A stretch of 63,898 nucleotides of DNA, the filler included, from Octopus bimaculoides (Eukaryota), in assembly GCF_001194135.2 (NCBI RefSeq). It is 10 parts of 8 records of this genome, joined end to end, with 100 filler letters (N's around TTAATTAATTAA, not from the genome) between each part and the next. Parts side by side here need not be neighbours in the genome. Positions count along the whole stretch, not along the records: positions 12,489 to 19,813 come from NC_068981.1; positions 19,914 to 22,077 come from NC_068982.1; positions 22,178 to 37,655 come from NC_069006.1; 7 more parts are not named here. One strand, written 5' to 3'. Within the stretch, counting starts at the first letter, position 1, and the number at the start of each line of letters is the position of its first letter. The translations under genes were made by a program, and so were the position numbers. Below are positions 13,028-25,957 of the stretch, in pieces. Below the pieces are notes generated by a model that was not told the origin of the DNA, searched no databases, and saw only the letters and a program-made list of their open reading frames with translations.

Positions 13028-13098
13028 TTGTTATTATTATTATTATTTTGTTATTCTTCTTCTTCTTCTTCTTCTTATTATTATTATTATTATCATCA

Positions 13099-13154
<56 letters not shown>

Positions 13155-13181
13155 TTGTTATTATTATTATTATTTTGTTAT
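12210..13181. repeat. Trinucleotide microsatellites (CCA)n, (CTG/CTA)n, (TAT)n, (TCT)n
   Basis: Direct reading; source of the poly-S, poly-Y and poly-I ORFs. Confidence 0.95.
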
Positions 13182-13730
13182 NNNNNNNNNNNNNNNNNNN
13201 NNNNNNNNNNNNNNNNNNNNNNNNNNNNNNNNNNNNNNNNNNNNNNNNNNNNNNNNNNNNNNNNNNNNNNNNNNNNNNNNNNNNNNNNNNNNNNNNNNNN
13301 NNNNNNNNNNNNNNNNNNNNNNNNNNNNNNNNNNNNNNNNNNNNNNNNNNNNNNNNNNNNNNNNNNNNNNNNNNNNNNNNNNNNNNNNNNNNNNNNNNNN
13401 NNNNNNNNNNNNNNNNNNNNNNNNNNNNNNNNNNNNNNNNNNNNNNNNNNNNNNNNNNNNNNNNNNNNNNNNNNNNNNNNNNNNNNNNNNNNNNNNNNNN
13501 NNNNNNNNNNNNNNNNNNNNNNNNNNNNNNNNNNNNNNNNNNNNNNNNNNNNNNNNNNNNNNNNNNNNNNNNNNNNNNNNNNNNNNNNNNNNNNNNNNNN
13601 NNNNNNNNNNNNNNNNNNNNNNNNNNNNNNNNNNNNNNNNNNNNNNNNNNNNNNNNNNNNNNNNNNNNNNNNNNNNNNNNNNNNNNNNNNNNNNNNNNNN
13701 NNNNNNNNNNNNNNNNNNNNNNNNNNNNNN

Positions 13731-14370
13731 NGTGAATTATTCAAACCCCAAAGAATTCCTCTCAACACATGGCTATGATTCTCCCCCACTACTTCTGCTC
13801 ATGATAAGAGATGCACATATCGTCAGCCACCGAGGGACATGCTTAACTGGTTATGGTCAAACAACTGACAAGCAAATCTGTGGTACTGAGCAGAATATTT
13901 GCTGTAGTCCATCTTTTATACCAAGATAAAACAATGTACATGATGACACTTCCAATCAATTAAGATCAGAAGCCATGAGAGCCACTGCCTGGTACTGCAT
14001 CCGGGCATTTATTATTATTATTATTATTATTATTTGTCTTTGGCCAGTAAGTGTTATTTCCTATTTGCTTCTGTCTAGAAATCAAAGGAAATTACTACTA
14101 TTCCCTTCAAACTATGCGTTTGTGACCTGGACATCAATGTTTTGAAACTGACCTATTTTCCATTACATTTCAGGCAGATTCAGTGCTGAGTTGCTGAAGC
14201 AGAAATATCGTTATAGCAAATATTCTGCTCAAAACCACAGAATTTGTTTGTCAGTTGCTTGGCCTTAACCATTTGAGCATGACCTTTTATGGCTGACAAT
14301 ATGTGCATCTCTGGTCATAAGTAGGAGTAGTGGGGGAGCATTATAGCCATGAGTTGAGAGAGATTCTTTG
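13731..14370. repeat. Two copies of one interspersed repeat in inverted, divergent orientation (arms 13749-13907 and 14212-14370)
   Basis: The left arm ...TGAGCAGAATATTTGCTGTAG is the reverse complement of right arm TATAGCAAATATTCTGCTCA..., and CTCCCCCACTAC pairs with GTAGTGGGGGAG. The left copy abuts a (TAT)n tract at 14010-14035. Confidence 0.85.
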
Positions 14371-14666
14371 ACATTTGAAAGCAAAGTTTGAAGGAAATAT
14401 GAGCCATTTTCCATATTTTCTAGGGGTAAGCAAATAGGAAATAACAGTTGTTACCTAAGGACAAAGATCGTGTTAAACAATGTAATGAGCGACCATAACC
14501 GCCAACAAATGGATGGATTAGGGAAACATTTAGAATAAGGAAGTATCTGCATATTTTTATCAATCAATATCGATTTAAGATAACGACTAATAACAACAAA
14601 AATTATAATCATCAATCTCTTTGATGTCACACAGAATTTAAATATCATCATATATTATTCGCATCA

Positions 14667-14820
14667 GAGTGGTGGATTGGCAGAATCGTTAGAAGCGTCA
14701 GAAGATGACCTTGCGGATATCTTCTGGCTCTTTACGTTCTGAGTTCAAATCCTGCTGATATCAACTTTGCCACTGAAGTCAATAAAATAAAGTACTCATC
14801 TAATAATGGAATCGATAGAA
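14667..14820 (+). mobile_element. tRNA-derived SINE family A, degraded
   Basis: GGCAGAATCGTTAG (A-box region) and TACGTTCTGAGTTCAAATCC (B-box region), matching 37316-37460. Confidence 0.75.
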
Positions 14821-15099
14821 TTAACTAATCACCTCTCACCAAAATTACTGATTTTGTAACAAAACTATTAGCAATGTCATAAACTGAAACAAATTGTCAG
14901 TTATATCTAGCGACGGTCTAACTACTCTCGAATTATCAAAATTACTTGTGTATTATTCATTACTGGTGATTTAAAGATATCTTGTGAGAAGCTCTTGAGA
15001 TGCAGCTGGCAAGTAATGACCCACTTCTTTCGAATTGCTAACATATAACACTTTGTAATATCTTTCAGAAATTTGTATTTATATTTTCTCCTTTTTATA

Positions 15100-16060
15100 C
15101 TCTTTGAAATATGGTCCCTCTTCCTTCCTGATCATCCCTACTTCACAATCTGTTTTTTTTTTGTTTTTTTTTTTGTATAAGTGTCTTATCAGAGCGATAA
15201 GTTGCGAATTTCATTCCATTTCTTTAGGGGTCAGACTAGTTTTTTTGTCATGGAAGACAGGCTCCTTGTCAAAGATGAGTTCTTCGGTGAAGACTGTCCC
15301 CTCTTCACTGGAAATGTACCTCTCTGCGTGATTTTTTAGCTATCGTCTGTTTCCCATTCTCCTATGTGAATTGCTGTGATGGAGTGCTTCCCAGCCGTTT
15401 ATTTCTTACTGTTGCTTTCTGTAACTCTCATTCTCTTTCATGGCTGTGGTTAGAAGAACGGGACTTCTGGGTCTTCTGGCTCAGTTCCTGGCAATTACGA
15501 CGACTTCCAGACTTGTGCCCGGCGCCACCTTAGAGACAGCAACCCCTATATTTTATTCCTGTTATTTTTGTTGTTTTAGACTTTCTGCGCAGAAAAACCT
15601 TTGAATGGTTTTTACTACCACATGTCTTGTAACTAGGGTTTCTGCTGTGATTACTGAGTTTTAATGTCTTCCTTTCAGCATCTTCTACAGGATACAGTTT
15701 TGGTACTATTTTGTAGTATGACAAAGTCGTAAGGACTTGTGCGTCCATGGCAGCTCCCATCCAATCACTTTTCTCTAAAAGTTACACCGACACTGACCAC
15801 TTATCAATTATTGCTAAGAAAGTGACTATGAACCCAACGTCGACGTCGTCACCGATGCGCCTAACGTTAAACCTTGTAATTCTCCTGCCCAAATATTGTG
15901 GTGCTAGTAACGCTAGTTTATGGGCAAGTATGTCTCAGACAATTTAAGCTTCTAGTTTAGCTTCGTCTTCTGATTTGACAAGGATAGATATGATGCCATA
16001 CAACCTCCCTGTCTTAATAGATTCCACTTAACGTATCTGCTAGGGCAGTCTCCAGCTCTT
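15100..16060 (-). mobile_element. Decayed gag/ORF1-like retroelement coding remnant with a degenerate zinc knuckle
   Basis: Minus frames with stops and shifts give PSKEELETALADTLSG / IKTGRLYGIISILVKSEDEAK / LLAPQYLGRRITRFNVRRIGDDVDVGFIVTFLA / IVPKLYPVEDAERKTLKL...PSYKTCGSKNH. The last segment looks like a decayed CxxCxxxGH knuckle. The family assignment is inferred. Confidence 0.4.
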
Positions 16061-16629
16061 CCTTTGATGGTAAGGAAAGACCCCTCCCCCACCCCCACCC
16101 ATCTGTAAATGTTCCATATTTTGTCTTTTCTGGTTCAAAATAATATTTTGTTATTTTTTGCTACGTTTGACGAAGTACTTACATGTCTGTTTTTGCTGTC
16201 GTCGTCGTTGACAAACGGGTTGACTTCTTTTGTGAAAATGTCAAATGTGTTGATTGCTATATTTTTTGTGAAAATATATATTTTTTTCTTTGTCATTTAT
16301 TTGCGTGTATTCATTAATATTTTTTGTAACTACTTTGCTTTGCTCAGTGTAATTTTTCTTAGAACCGGAAAGCGAGTAAAAAGAAGCCATTTTTACGGTA
16401 AAATTACAGGAAATTTTAAAAAAGAAATGACCTTGTTGTCTCACCCAAGATCAAAGTACACATTCCAAAAAAGGTTCAATAATAACTTCTGACTAAAATA
16501 ATAATTCAGAATATGGAGATAACTTTTACTACTATTACTACAACAGCCGAAGCAGCAGCAGCAGCAGCAACAACAACAATAATAATAATAATAAATAAAT
16601 AAATAAAATAATAAATAAATAACAAACAA

Positions 16630-17731
16630 ACAAATAATTTGATCAAGGCAGCAAGTATTGTTGTAGCAGAAAACGTGGATGTTGATGTCAAGAAAAAGAA
16701 ACATAATGGGAGTGACAAAAGAAAAGATCCATGGCGGAAAAGAAGAATACAGGCGGAGTTAGACATGCTCTCGAAGGAAATCTCTGTGTTAGACCGAAAA
16801 GAGAAAGGGGAGCTTAAAAGCAAACAAAAATACAAGGGCGCTGAGAAGGAAGTATAATTTTGAAAGAAAGGGCCTGAAAGGGGTGATGGAGGAACTGAAA
16901 CAGCGTCTCGTTGCAAAGAAAGCAAAGATGGTAAGATGCGACCAAATAATGAAGGGTTACCACCAGAATAGGTTATTGAAAGTATATCAGAAGAGATTCT
17001 ATAAAGAAATAAATGGAGAGTGTACAGATGAAAAGTTGATACCAGATAACAATGAAAGTCAAAGGTTTTGGAGTGACATCTGGAGTAAAGACAATGAGTA
17101 CAAGAATGATGCTGAATGGTTGCAAGAACTGAAACAAACAGTAGTCTGTCCAAAACAGGCAGAACTAATCATTTCAGTTAGGGAAGTGAAGGAAATCAGC
17201 AAAAAAAATTTGCAACTGGAAGGCCCCAGGACCAGATGGAGTTCAAGGCTACTGGATCAAAAGATTTGGTGAATGTCATGCACGAATAGCTGCGCAACTC
17301 AACACCTTGTGAAATGCCGACCAAGTAACACCAGAGTGGTTGACATTGGGTAGGACAGTGCTGTGATTGAAAAACATCGAAAAAGGCAATACAGTAGACA
17401 ATTACAGGCCGATATCGTGTTTGCTACTTATGTGGAAGTTATTAATTGGAACACTCGCAGAGTCAATCTACCAACATCTGGTAAAAAAAAGAGTCCTGCC
17501 ACATGAGCAGAAGGGTTGCAAGCATAGGTGCAGAGATACCAACGAACAACTCCTGATAGACAAAACTGTATTTTAAGTGCAGAAAATAGCACCGCTTGGA
17601 ACCGCCCGAATACTCCGGAAGGTGCTCGAAAAATAAGTGGTGTTACCTTAGTTCACTGGTAGTGAACAGCTGACAGCGTAGTACATCTCCAGCGTTAGAA
17701 ACTGTACAAAGACAATGATAATAATAATAAT
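16630..17731 (+). mobile_element. R4/Dong-clade non-LTR retrotransposon, 5'-truncated and internally deleted
   Basis: Frameshifted translation includes [77 protein letters not shown] and LPHEQKGC...QLLIDKTV. It then jumps at about 17576 to the C-terminus VQKIAPLGTARILRKVLEK*, followed by a short 3' UTR and (TAA)n tail. The 5' flank is an AAT/AAAT tract. Confidence 0.9.
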
Positions 17732-17902
17732 CCTTTCTACTAACGGCACAAGGCCTAAAAGGGGAGGAGATGAATAATAATAATAACAGTTTCAAATTTT
17801 GTCACAATGCCAACAATTTCGGGAAGGGCATAAGTCGACTATATCAACCCCAGTTCCCAACTGGTATTGTTTCATCGACAGTGATATATATATGTGCGTG
17901 TG

Positions 17903-17948
<46 letters not shown>

Positions 17949-18700
17949 TGTGTAACGGCAATAGTATTCATTGTAGTCGAGAGTCACCAATGGTAGCGGT
18001 AAATTAGGTGACGTCAGTGGGTCACCAATTACAACGGTATTGTAAGGTGTTGACTGCCAGTGTAGCGGTTTGTATTACGATATATGTTGGAGTTGGCAGT
18101 TACGATTGTATCGGATGTTGCTATTGCCGATGTGCAGGATGAATGAAGAACAGTGATCGAAGTTGTAAACAAATATTTATTTACCGTTACTTTGTATATA
18201 TATATCCAAAACTACGACGGATTGGTATGTATAATTAATAAATGGAAAAGCATGCGAGTTAAAAAGAGTTAATTTCGGCCGGTGTATGTGTACACGTTCT
18301 CGTAGTAGTGATTCATAGATAGTGATAGAATTATGTTGTAAGAGAAAATAAATTGAGCTAGTGAAAGTTATGAAGTCGAGAAAAGTTGTCTCATAGTTGG
18401 CTGATTGTAACCTTCTTTCTCCCTTTGGCCGTTTGTCTTTAGTGGCTACCTGCTTGTGACCATGACTCTAGTTGGTCTCTGTTCACTAATTTCTTTATTG
18501 CAAATACATAGCTCACGTAGAGGGGACATCACAAGGACAAAACAAAAACATTTAGGGACTGGGGTTATACATGAGTTAGTTCGAATAAAAAGTCAGATAT
18601 AATGAAATCGAATGAATTTGAAGAATACATTTTTATATAAGCTTACAGCTTATAGCGATCACCGTGCAATGACCTAGGAAAATAGTTTAATAAAGGGGCA

Positions 18701-18913
18701 TATAAGCCCTCGACAGAAAAAAAGAAGGCTTCCTATCTGCGTGTGAGTCGAGCCTACATCCTTTTGTTAACGCAACTAAGTGTGTTACCTTTATACTATC
18801 GAATCAGACTCCCCATTTCTGTCAAATTTAAGAACTATGTCGCGTTAACAAAGGGATGTGGGGTCGACACCCACGCGGATAGGAAAAACTTTTTTTTCTG
18901 TCGAGGTCTTATA
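18701..18913. mobile_element. Fold-back MITE with ~75-bp TIRs, TA-flanked
   Basis: Left TATAAGCCCTCGACAGAAAAAAA...TTTGTTAACGC pairs with right GCGTTAACAAA...TTTTTTTCTGTCGAGGTCTTATA. TA ends suggest a Tc1/mariner origin. Confidence 0.8.
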
Positions 18914-20382
18914 TGTCCCTTTATTAGACTATTTTCCTTAGTCATTGCACGATGATCACCATAAGCTTTAAGCTTATATAAAACTAGCAGCTAAGCCCGG
19001 TTTCACTCGTTCTGTTTGGATGATGTGGCTGTGATCGTTTTCGATTAAGCATAATCTATAACAGCGTTTCTCAACCTTATCATTTCGGATCCCTTATTTC
19101 GATTGGAGCCTCCAGCTGTATGGAAATTTCCTGACTCCCCTCGCCTCCTTGTCAGAAAACAGCTTCAGGAGTTGTGAAGAACGAATTTGTACGTAGTCTG
19201 TTTCTGAGAGTTATTCTATTGGACCTTTGTCTAATCATTAAAACATTGATTTAATTATGAACATAGAAAGAAATTATACATTAATCCCTATTTTTGTAAG
19301 TAGTTGTATTGTATCCGTAAAAATTTTATTTGCAGAGAGCAGAAATTAAAAGAAGATATATGAAATGGACGTGTGTGTGTGTATATGTGTGTGTGTGCGC
19401 GCGCGTGCGCGTGTGTATGTGAGAGAGACAGTCCTCAAAACACCCTACTGTCTTAATCCGACAATTATGTAGTTTAAATGAGAAACTGTAACCAAAGATT
19501 AAGATTATTAACCCCACAAAGAGGTGAAAGAAGAGAGACAGCATAGCGAAAGCTTTGGCTGACTGTCATCCTGTACTTCCCTTGTTGCTAGCGAAATGAC
19601 ATTTGCCGGCTGTGTGAACAACTGGTTGTTTTAATGGCGGAACAAACAGGGGAATTCCATTAGAAAAAATTTTAATCCATTTTCTCGGTAAGCATGGGGG
19701 CTAGGAAAAAATACAAACCACATTCCAATCTATGCACTCGTCTTCACATGTGTGCCATTTTTCACGCGAATCCACCCACCCGTTTGGCCGTGAAACTCAA
19801 GGCAAGAAAGAATNNNNNNNNNNNNNNNNNNNNNNNNNNNNNNNNNNNNNNNNNNNNTTAATTAATTAANNNNNNNNNNNNNNNNNNNNNNNNNNNNNNN
19901 NNNNNNNNNNNNNTATATATATATATATATATATATGTTGGTGTGTGTGTGTCTCTATACAGATAAAGCGAGAGAGAGGGGGAGAGATGGAGGAGACAGC
20001 AACGAAGAAAATGACAAAATGTGGTAACAAGCTGAGGGTAGAGAAGAGTTGCTCCCCCTCCCACTAAAAAACAAACAAGCAAGGAAAACAATTATAAAAT
20101 GAAACAAACAGCAGACTAATATCTCTGCTTGATGGTTGTTAATGTAAGGCGTCTGAAAGAAACAGTGGGGAAATAGATTCTCTGTCATGTATGCCGGCTC
20201 TTCTTGCAACATCAATTTCTCCACTTACAAATCGATCAGAGTGGAATGGTGTGAGGGGGGAATAAAGGAGTAAGAATGATTGCAAAAAAGTGCGTGCGTG
20301 TGTGTGTGTGTGTGTCTGTGCGCGCGCATGTGTGCATGAAAGAAAGAGAAAGCAGGAGGGAGTGAGGGGAAAGGGAGAGAGA

Positions 20383-20416
<34 letters not shown>

Positions 20417-20509
20417 AAAGGTGAGACTGTGAGATGGAGGAATAGAGACGGTGTTATTGTGATAAATGGAGAAAGATGGAGTGTGAGAGAACGAAGGAAA
20501 GAGTGAAAA

Positions 20510-20542
<33 letters not shown>

Positions 20543-20554
20543 NNNNNNNNNNNN

Positions 20555-20606
<52 letters not shown>

Positions 20607-20821
20607 ACAGAGTGAGCTGAGTGATTGAAAAGGAGGATGGGATATGAAGCTAGACAAAGGTGGGGGGGGGGCAGTATTCCCTGAAACAGAGTCTTGCTGG
20701 CATCTTCTTAGTCAAGGTACTCATGACTAAGAGCAACCGATGCAGATATTGCATATATGCTGCAAAACCGACTGTTTCACCTACGGCGTCGACCGAGGGC
20801 AAAATAGCAGTAACTTTATAT

Positions 20822-20824
20822 GAT

Positions 20825-20894
<70 letters not shown>

Positions 20895-20895
20895 G
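20822..20895. repeat. (CTA)n microsatellite
   Basis: Direct reading. Confidence 0.95.
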
Positions 20896-21969
20896 TGTTA
20901 TTAAGGTCCTACAAATAACAGAACATCGGTATTCGCCTTGTGTCTAGTTTGAATTAAATTAATGAGTCATAGTGTTGCGACATGCATCCGTTTCCCGATT
21001 AGGTATCAGAGAATCAATTAAAAGTGAGTTCATATAAATGCTACATTGCTATTGCCTATCCCGTATTTCCTGGTAGAAATATCATTAAAGTTATTCTATT
21101 TATTGTTTAGTTATTAGGCCCCTGTCACCCTTTCAGTTACAATCATCCCCTCTAATTTTTTTAGAAATTTATGTGTAATGCCTAATTGGGAATACGAAGA
21201 TGAAATCGCTACCCTTACATACGATTCACATACACACTCACATACACACTCACATACACACGTACATGTAACGAGAGCTACGTTATCCAACGTGTACTCC
21301 TTTTACTTGCTAGATATAGAGGAATGCTCATAACTTTGCAGGCCCTTCAAGACATGTGAATTTCATCCAGTTAATATTCCTTTTAACGTATAGCAGATTG
21401 AAGACAAGAGGACGGGAATGATTCTAAAGAGTTGATATTCAGGAAAGAAAGGAATGGGCGTTGTAATTAAACCTAGAGGTAATAAAGGACGGTGGATGTG
21501 CCTGAGTCATAGATGTACGAGAGCAGCGATCTCCCAGAACCAGCGGCCATGATAGTAATGATAAAAAATATCAGAGACACCACAGATTCTGAAATGTGTT
21601 CATTAGTGATTGAGTATCAAAGTATTGAGGTGATTTTAAAATCACTTGTTTCCTCGCAGATCGAGGGACTGCGTAGATATTCGTTGATTCTAACATTTGC
21701 ATGGTAGATGAATGCTCTGATTTTATTGTAACAGATTTGTAACAGATTAAACGAATATGGAATGATAACCTGTGTCTAAATAGATAATGTGCAGCCAACG
21801 CCTATACTCACACAGGTATACATACCACAAGCACATACATATACGCACAAATTATATATATAGTTGGAATTTACAAAAAAAAACCCCAAAACCAAAAAAC
21901 AAAAGACGAACTTAGGTGTATAAACAACAAACAGGTATATAAGTTTAACGCTCGAGTAGGTGTGAAAGT

Positions 21970-22005
21970 CTTTTACGTTTCGAGCCTACGCTCTTCAACA
22001 GAAAG
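21970..22005 (-). ncRNA. Minimal type I hammerhead-like motif with an A6U core variant
   Basis: Minus strand parses as CTTT-CTGTTGA-A-GAGC-GTAG-GCTC-GAAA-CGT-A-AAAG: 4-bp stem I, perfect 4-bp stem II and palindromic ACGT stem III. Confidence 0.5.
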
Positions 22006-22177
22006 GAACACGAGAAAATAAGAAGAGAGAGAATAAAGAAAGCTTTAATGGCTAGCGATCGATCATGGCGATATATANNNNNNNNNNNNNNNNNNNNNNN
22101 NNNNNNNNNNNNNNNNNNNNNTTAATTAATTAANNNNNNNNNNNNNNNNNNNNNNNNNNNNNNNNNNNNNNNNNNNN

Positions 22178-22206
<29 letters not shown>

Positions 22207-22210
<4 letters not shown>

Positions 22211-22370
22211 AGAAAATTGCACTACTGGGCACTGCACACATCCTACGCAAAACACTTTCAATACTGTAACGATAAGAGCACCACAGCAAACCACAGCACA
22301 TACCCAAGGCACACAGAGCTGCGCTCGGTAGTGAAGTGAAAGCACGTTATAAAAATAAAACTACTGAATA
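22207..22370 (+). mobile_element. R4/Dong-clade extreme 3' end (second subfamily) embedded in (AAT)n
   Basis: IQKIALLGTAHILRKTLSIL* (22207-22269), homologous to the 17577 C-terminus, then a distinct 3' UTR ending CTACTG-AATAATAA. There are AAT repeats on both sides. Confidence 0.8.
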
Positions 22371-22378
22371 ATAATAAC

Positions 22379-22453
<75 letters not shown>

Positions 22454-22659
22454 CATTATGAATAGGATTGATGTTGATAAGTGCGTGGGAAATGATGATG
22501 ATGATGATGATGATGATGACAATAATGTTAATGAGAACCTTAACAGCAACGAAACAATAATAATGATGATGATGATGGTGACGCTGACGACGACCACGAT
22601 GAACACGATAATGATGACGACGATAAATATATAGGTAGATCGATAGTGAGAGAGAGAGA

Positions 22660-22717
<58 letters not shown>

Positions 22718-24181
22718 CAGATGGATATATATACATATATATATGTGTGTGTGTGTGTGATACATAGATATATTAGATTGAGAAAGAGGGAGGGAGGGAG
22801 AGAGAGGCTGAGAGGGAGAGAAAGAAACTTAGGCAGATGGATGTGTGTGTGTGTGTGTATGTATGTGTGTGTGTATGTATGTGTGTGTATGTATGTGTGT
22901 GTGATAGATAGATAAATAGATAAAGAGAAAGAGAGAGAAAAAGAGAGAGAGAGAACGGGAGGGAGAAAGAGGGGAATACAACAGAAAAATCGAAAAACAT
23001 ATACAACAAAACCAAGCACAATAACTACAACAGCAGCAACCGCGGCAACAGCAGCAACAGTCCCAGCAGCCACAGCAACAACAACAACAACAACAACAAC
23101 AACAGCAACAACATCAACCACAAAATTTATAAGTGCAACCACATAATATTGCCCAATATTGTACTGACAGAAAAGGGTTTCACACTGAACTGGTTGTAAA
23201 TATTTTGCTAAACCGGATATATTTACAGCAAGACTTCGTCTTTGATGTGCGATAGTTTCCGCTGTTTTACCGCCATCATCACCACTACCACCACCAACAA
23301 GTACACCACACACACACACATAATCGTATCAGAGCTGCTACCACCACCGCCGCCGTCGTCGACGACACCACCATCACCATTGTTATCGCCGTTATACTTT
23401 CTTTCTATCCCCACCGATACTCCGCATCCTCCCCCTCCGCAACGGCCAGTAACACACCTCCGTCGGCCATGCCGCTGCCCCGCCAAACAATTCACCGCCG
23501 TCGCTTCTACCAGCNNNNNNNNNNNNNNNNNNNNNNNNNNNNNNNNNNNNNNNNNNNNNNNNNNNNNNNNNNNNNNNNNNNNNNNNNNNNNNNNNNNNNN
23601 NNNNNNNNNNNNNNNNNNNNNNNNNNNNNNNNNNNNNNNNNNNNNNNNNNNNNNNNNNNNNNNNNNNNNNNNNNNNNNNNNNNNNNNNNNNNNNNNNNNN
23701 NNNNNNNNNNNNNNNNNNNNNNNNNNNNNNNNNNNNNNNNNNNNNNNNNNNNNNNNNNNNNNNNNNNNNNNNNNNNNNNNNNNNNNNNNNNNNNNNNNNN
23801 NNNNNNNNNNNNNNNNNNNNNNNNNNNNNNNNNNNNNNNNNNNNNNNNNNNNNNNNNNNNNNNNNNNNNNNNNNNNNNNNNNCAAACAGAAGCACCAGCA
23901 CCAACACCGCCGCCGCCGCCGCCACCACCACCGCCACCACCACCACCACTCTACCACCACCACCGCCATAAACATTACCACTAGCATACCATCACCAGCA
24001 CTATCATCCCCACCAGCACCACCATCAGCACTATTAGCACCACCAAGCTACCACAAGCGCCACCACCACCCAAAACACACATTCCCGTCACTTCCTTTAT
24101 AGCGTTAAATCTCTTAAGCTTCAATGTACTTACGACCAAGCATACGTTTTTCCCTGTTACACACACACACACATGTGTGTG

Positions 24182-24229
<48 letters not shown>

Positions 24230-24357
24230 CATATATATACATATATATTTATATACATACATATATATATATGTACAGACACATACATATATGTATATAT
24301 ACACACATATATATACATATATATGTTTATATACATTCATATGTACATATATATATG

Positions 24358-24395
<38 letters not shown>

Positions 24396-24400
24396 CATAT
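22370..24400. repeat. Mixed (AAT), (GAT), (GA), (TG), (CAA/CAG), (CCA/CCG) and (TA/CA) simple-repeat tracts
   Basis: Direct reading; source of the Pro/His/Thr-rich ORFs. Confidence 0.9.
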
Positions 24401-24442
24401 ATGTTCTATCACCGTCGTTAAACGTCCGTGTGTATATGAGTC

Positions 24443-25330
24443 AGTGTGTACATTTTTACGTACAATTGTATATTTCTTTCTCCTTCACTGCCTTCCTCTT
24501 ATTCGCTCTGTTATATACAATATATTTTATATAGAACTTGCACAACGGGACAAACTCTTCATCAGCTGTCGACCGGTGATCACATCAATTTCAGTACTTT
24601 CTGAGAGTATCGCGTCCGTACAGCGATGCTGAGAAGCATCAGAGAGTTACCTGGGCATTTTTTGGTCTTTAATCTAGCACGCGGTTCTCTCCTATATTCA
24701 ATGAAGTGTACAGTTGTAACCGTGCAATATCTAAGTAACCGATACGTAAACAAACCAACGCCGGTTGTCAGGCGCTAGGTAGAGACGAACCCCGCCACAC
24801 ACACGTTTGCGAGCACACAGACGCTCACATATACAATGACGATCTTCCACACAATTACTGTGCACCAAATTTCTTCACTAGAAAACACTTGCCCAAGGTG
24901 CCGCGCAGTGAGGATGAACCCTAAATGACCTGGCAGCAAAGCAAACTGCTTAACCACAGAACCTGGAGTAGCAAAGTTGACCTTCATCGGCATAAGCCGA
25001 TGAAGGTCAACCGTCCTGGATAAATGAACCATTATAGGCGAAACTCGTTGTCCTCGTCAACCAATCAAATCAAACAATGTACAAATTGTTTTAATTCAAT
25101 TTGATTAAATAGAATCAGTGTGTACGTTTGTATATATAGTTGTATAATTCTTCCTCTTTCACTGTGTTACTCTTTTTCCCCTGTTATATTATATATGCTG
25201 CTTGCACTGCGGGACTCCCTCCTCATCAGCTGTCGACCAGCAATCAGAACAATTTCGGCACTTTCTGAGAGTATCACTTCCCTACAACTGAACTGAGAAG
25301 AATCGATGCTACCAGAGATATTACCTGGGT
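24443..25330 (+). repeat. ~210-bp diverged direct repeat pair (about 24443-24656 and 25118-25330) with a SINE B copy in the spacer
   Basis: Shared blocks CTCATCAG/TTCATCAG-CTGTCGACC, ACTTTCTGAGAGTATC, CTGAGAAG and TTACCTGGG. A minus-strand SINE B lies at about 24765-24960. Confidence 0.8.
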
Positions 25331-25911
25331 TAGTACTCTAGTACAAATAAATTGTACTCTAATAGAGTCCCATTATTACTAAATGCTGCGTTGTTCCCTA
25401 AAACTTCACCAACGACGACAAATAGTATATTTCGTACTTACCTATTCAATTTTTATATCATTTTGCCCCATACCAACCCAGTTATCTCAGTGCATATAAA
25501 CAACAAAACGCATATTTATATATCATATTTTAAAAGTCCTGCCCAACGATCTCCCTGTGTATCTCTGTCTCTTTCTTCCCTTTCGCTCTCGTTCCCTGTC
25601 TCTTTATTCCTTTACACATCATTGATAACGAGTGCTTTACTGGACGGAATTGCACATATAACCGCCGATGTTGACGTCTTCCCATACAACAGCTCCAATT
25701 ACGTTGTGTTTTTGGCTGGCGTAATGGTGTGCCTATTAGAACATGAAAGAAAAGAGGTGGGGGTGGGGCAGAATGAGAATATCTGAGAAAGAGAGAGAGG
25801 GGGAAGATAGATAGATAGAGAGAGAGAGAAAGTGAAAGACAGGGGGACAGACAATAAATAAGAATAAGGGAGGTGGTCGGAATTTGAATGAAAATCTTAT
25901 ATACGTGTGTG

Positions 25912-25957
<46 letters not shown>

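Noticed and set aside
17981-18030. Promoter-like cluster (TGACGTCA between two CCAAT boxes)
   Set aside because: Short motifs in a degenerate-repeat context with no associated exon or TSS evidence; expected by chance.
23242-24102. Proline-rich protein (extensin/formin-like) ORFs
   Set aside because: Built from CCA/CCG triplet repeats, open in several frames and spanning a gap, with no convincing splice signals.
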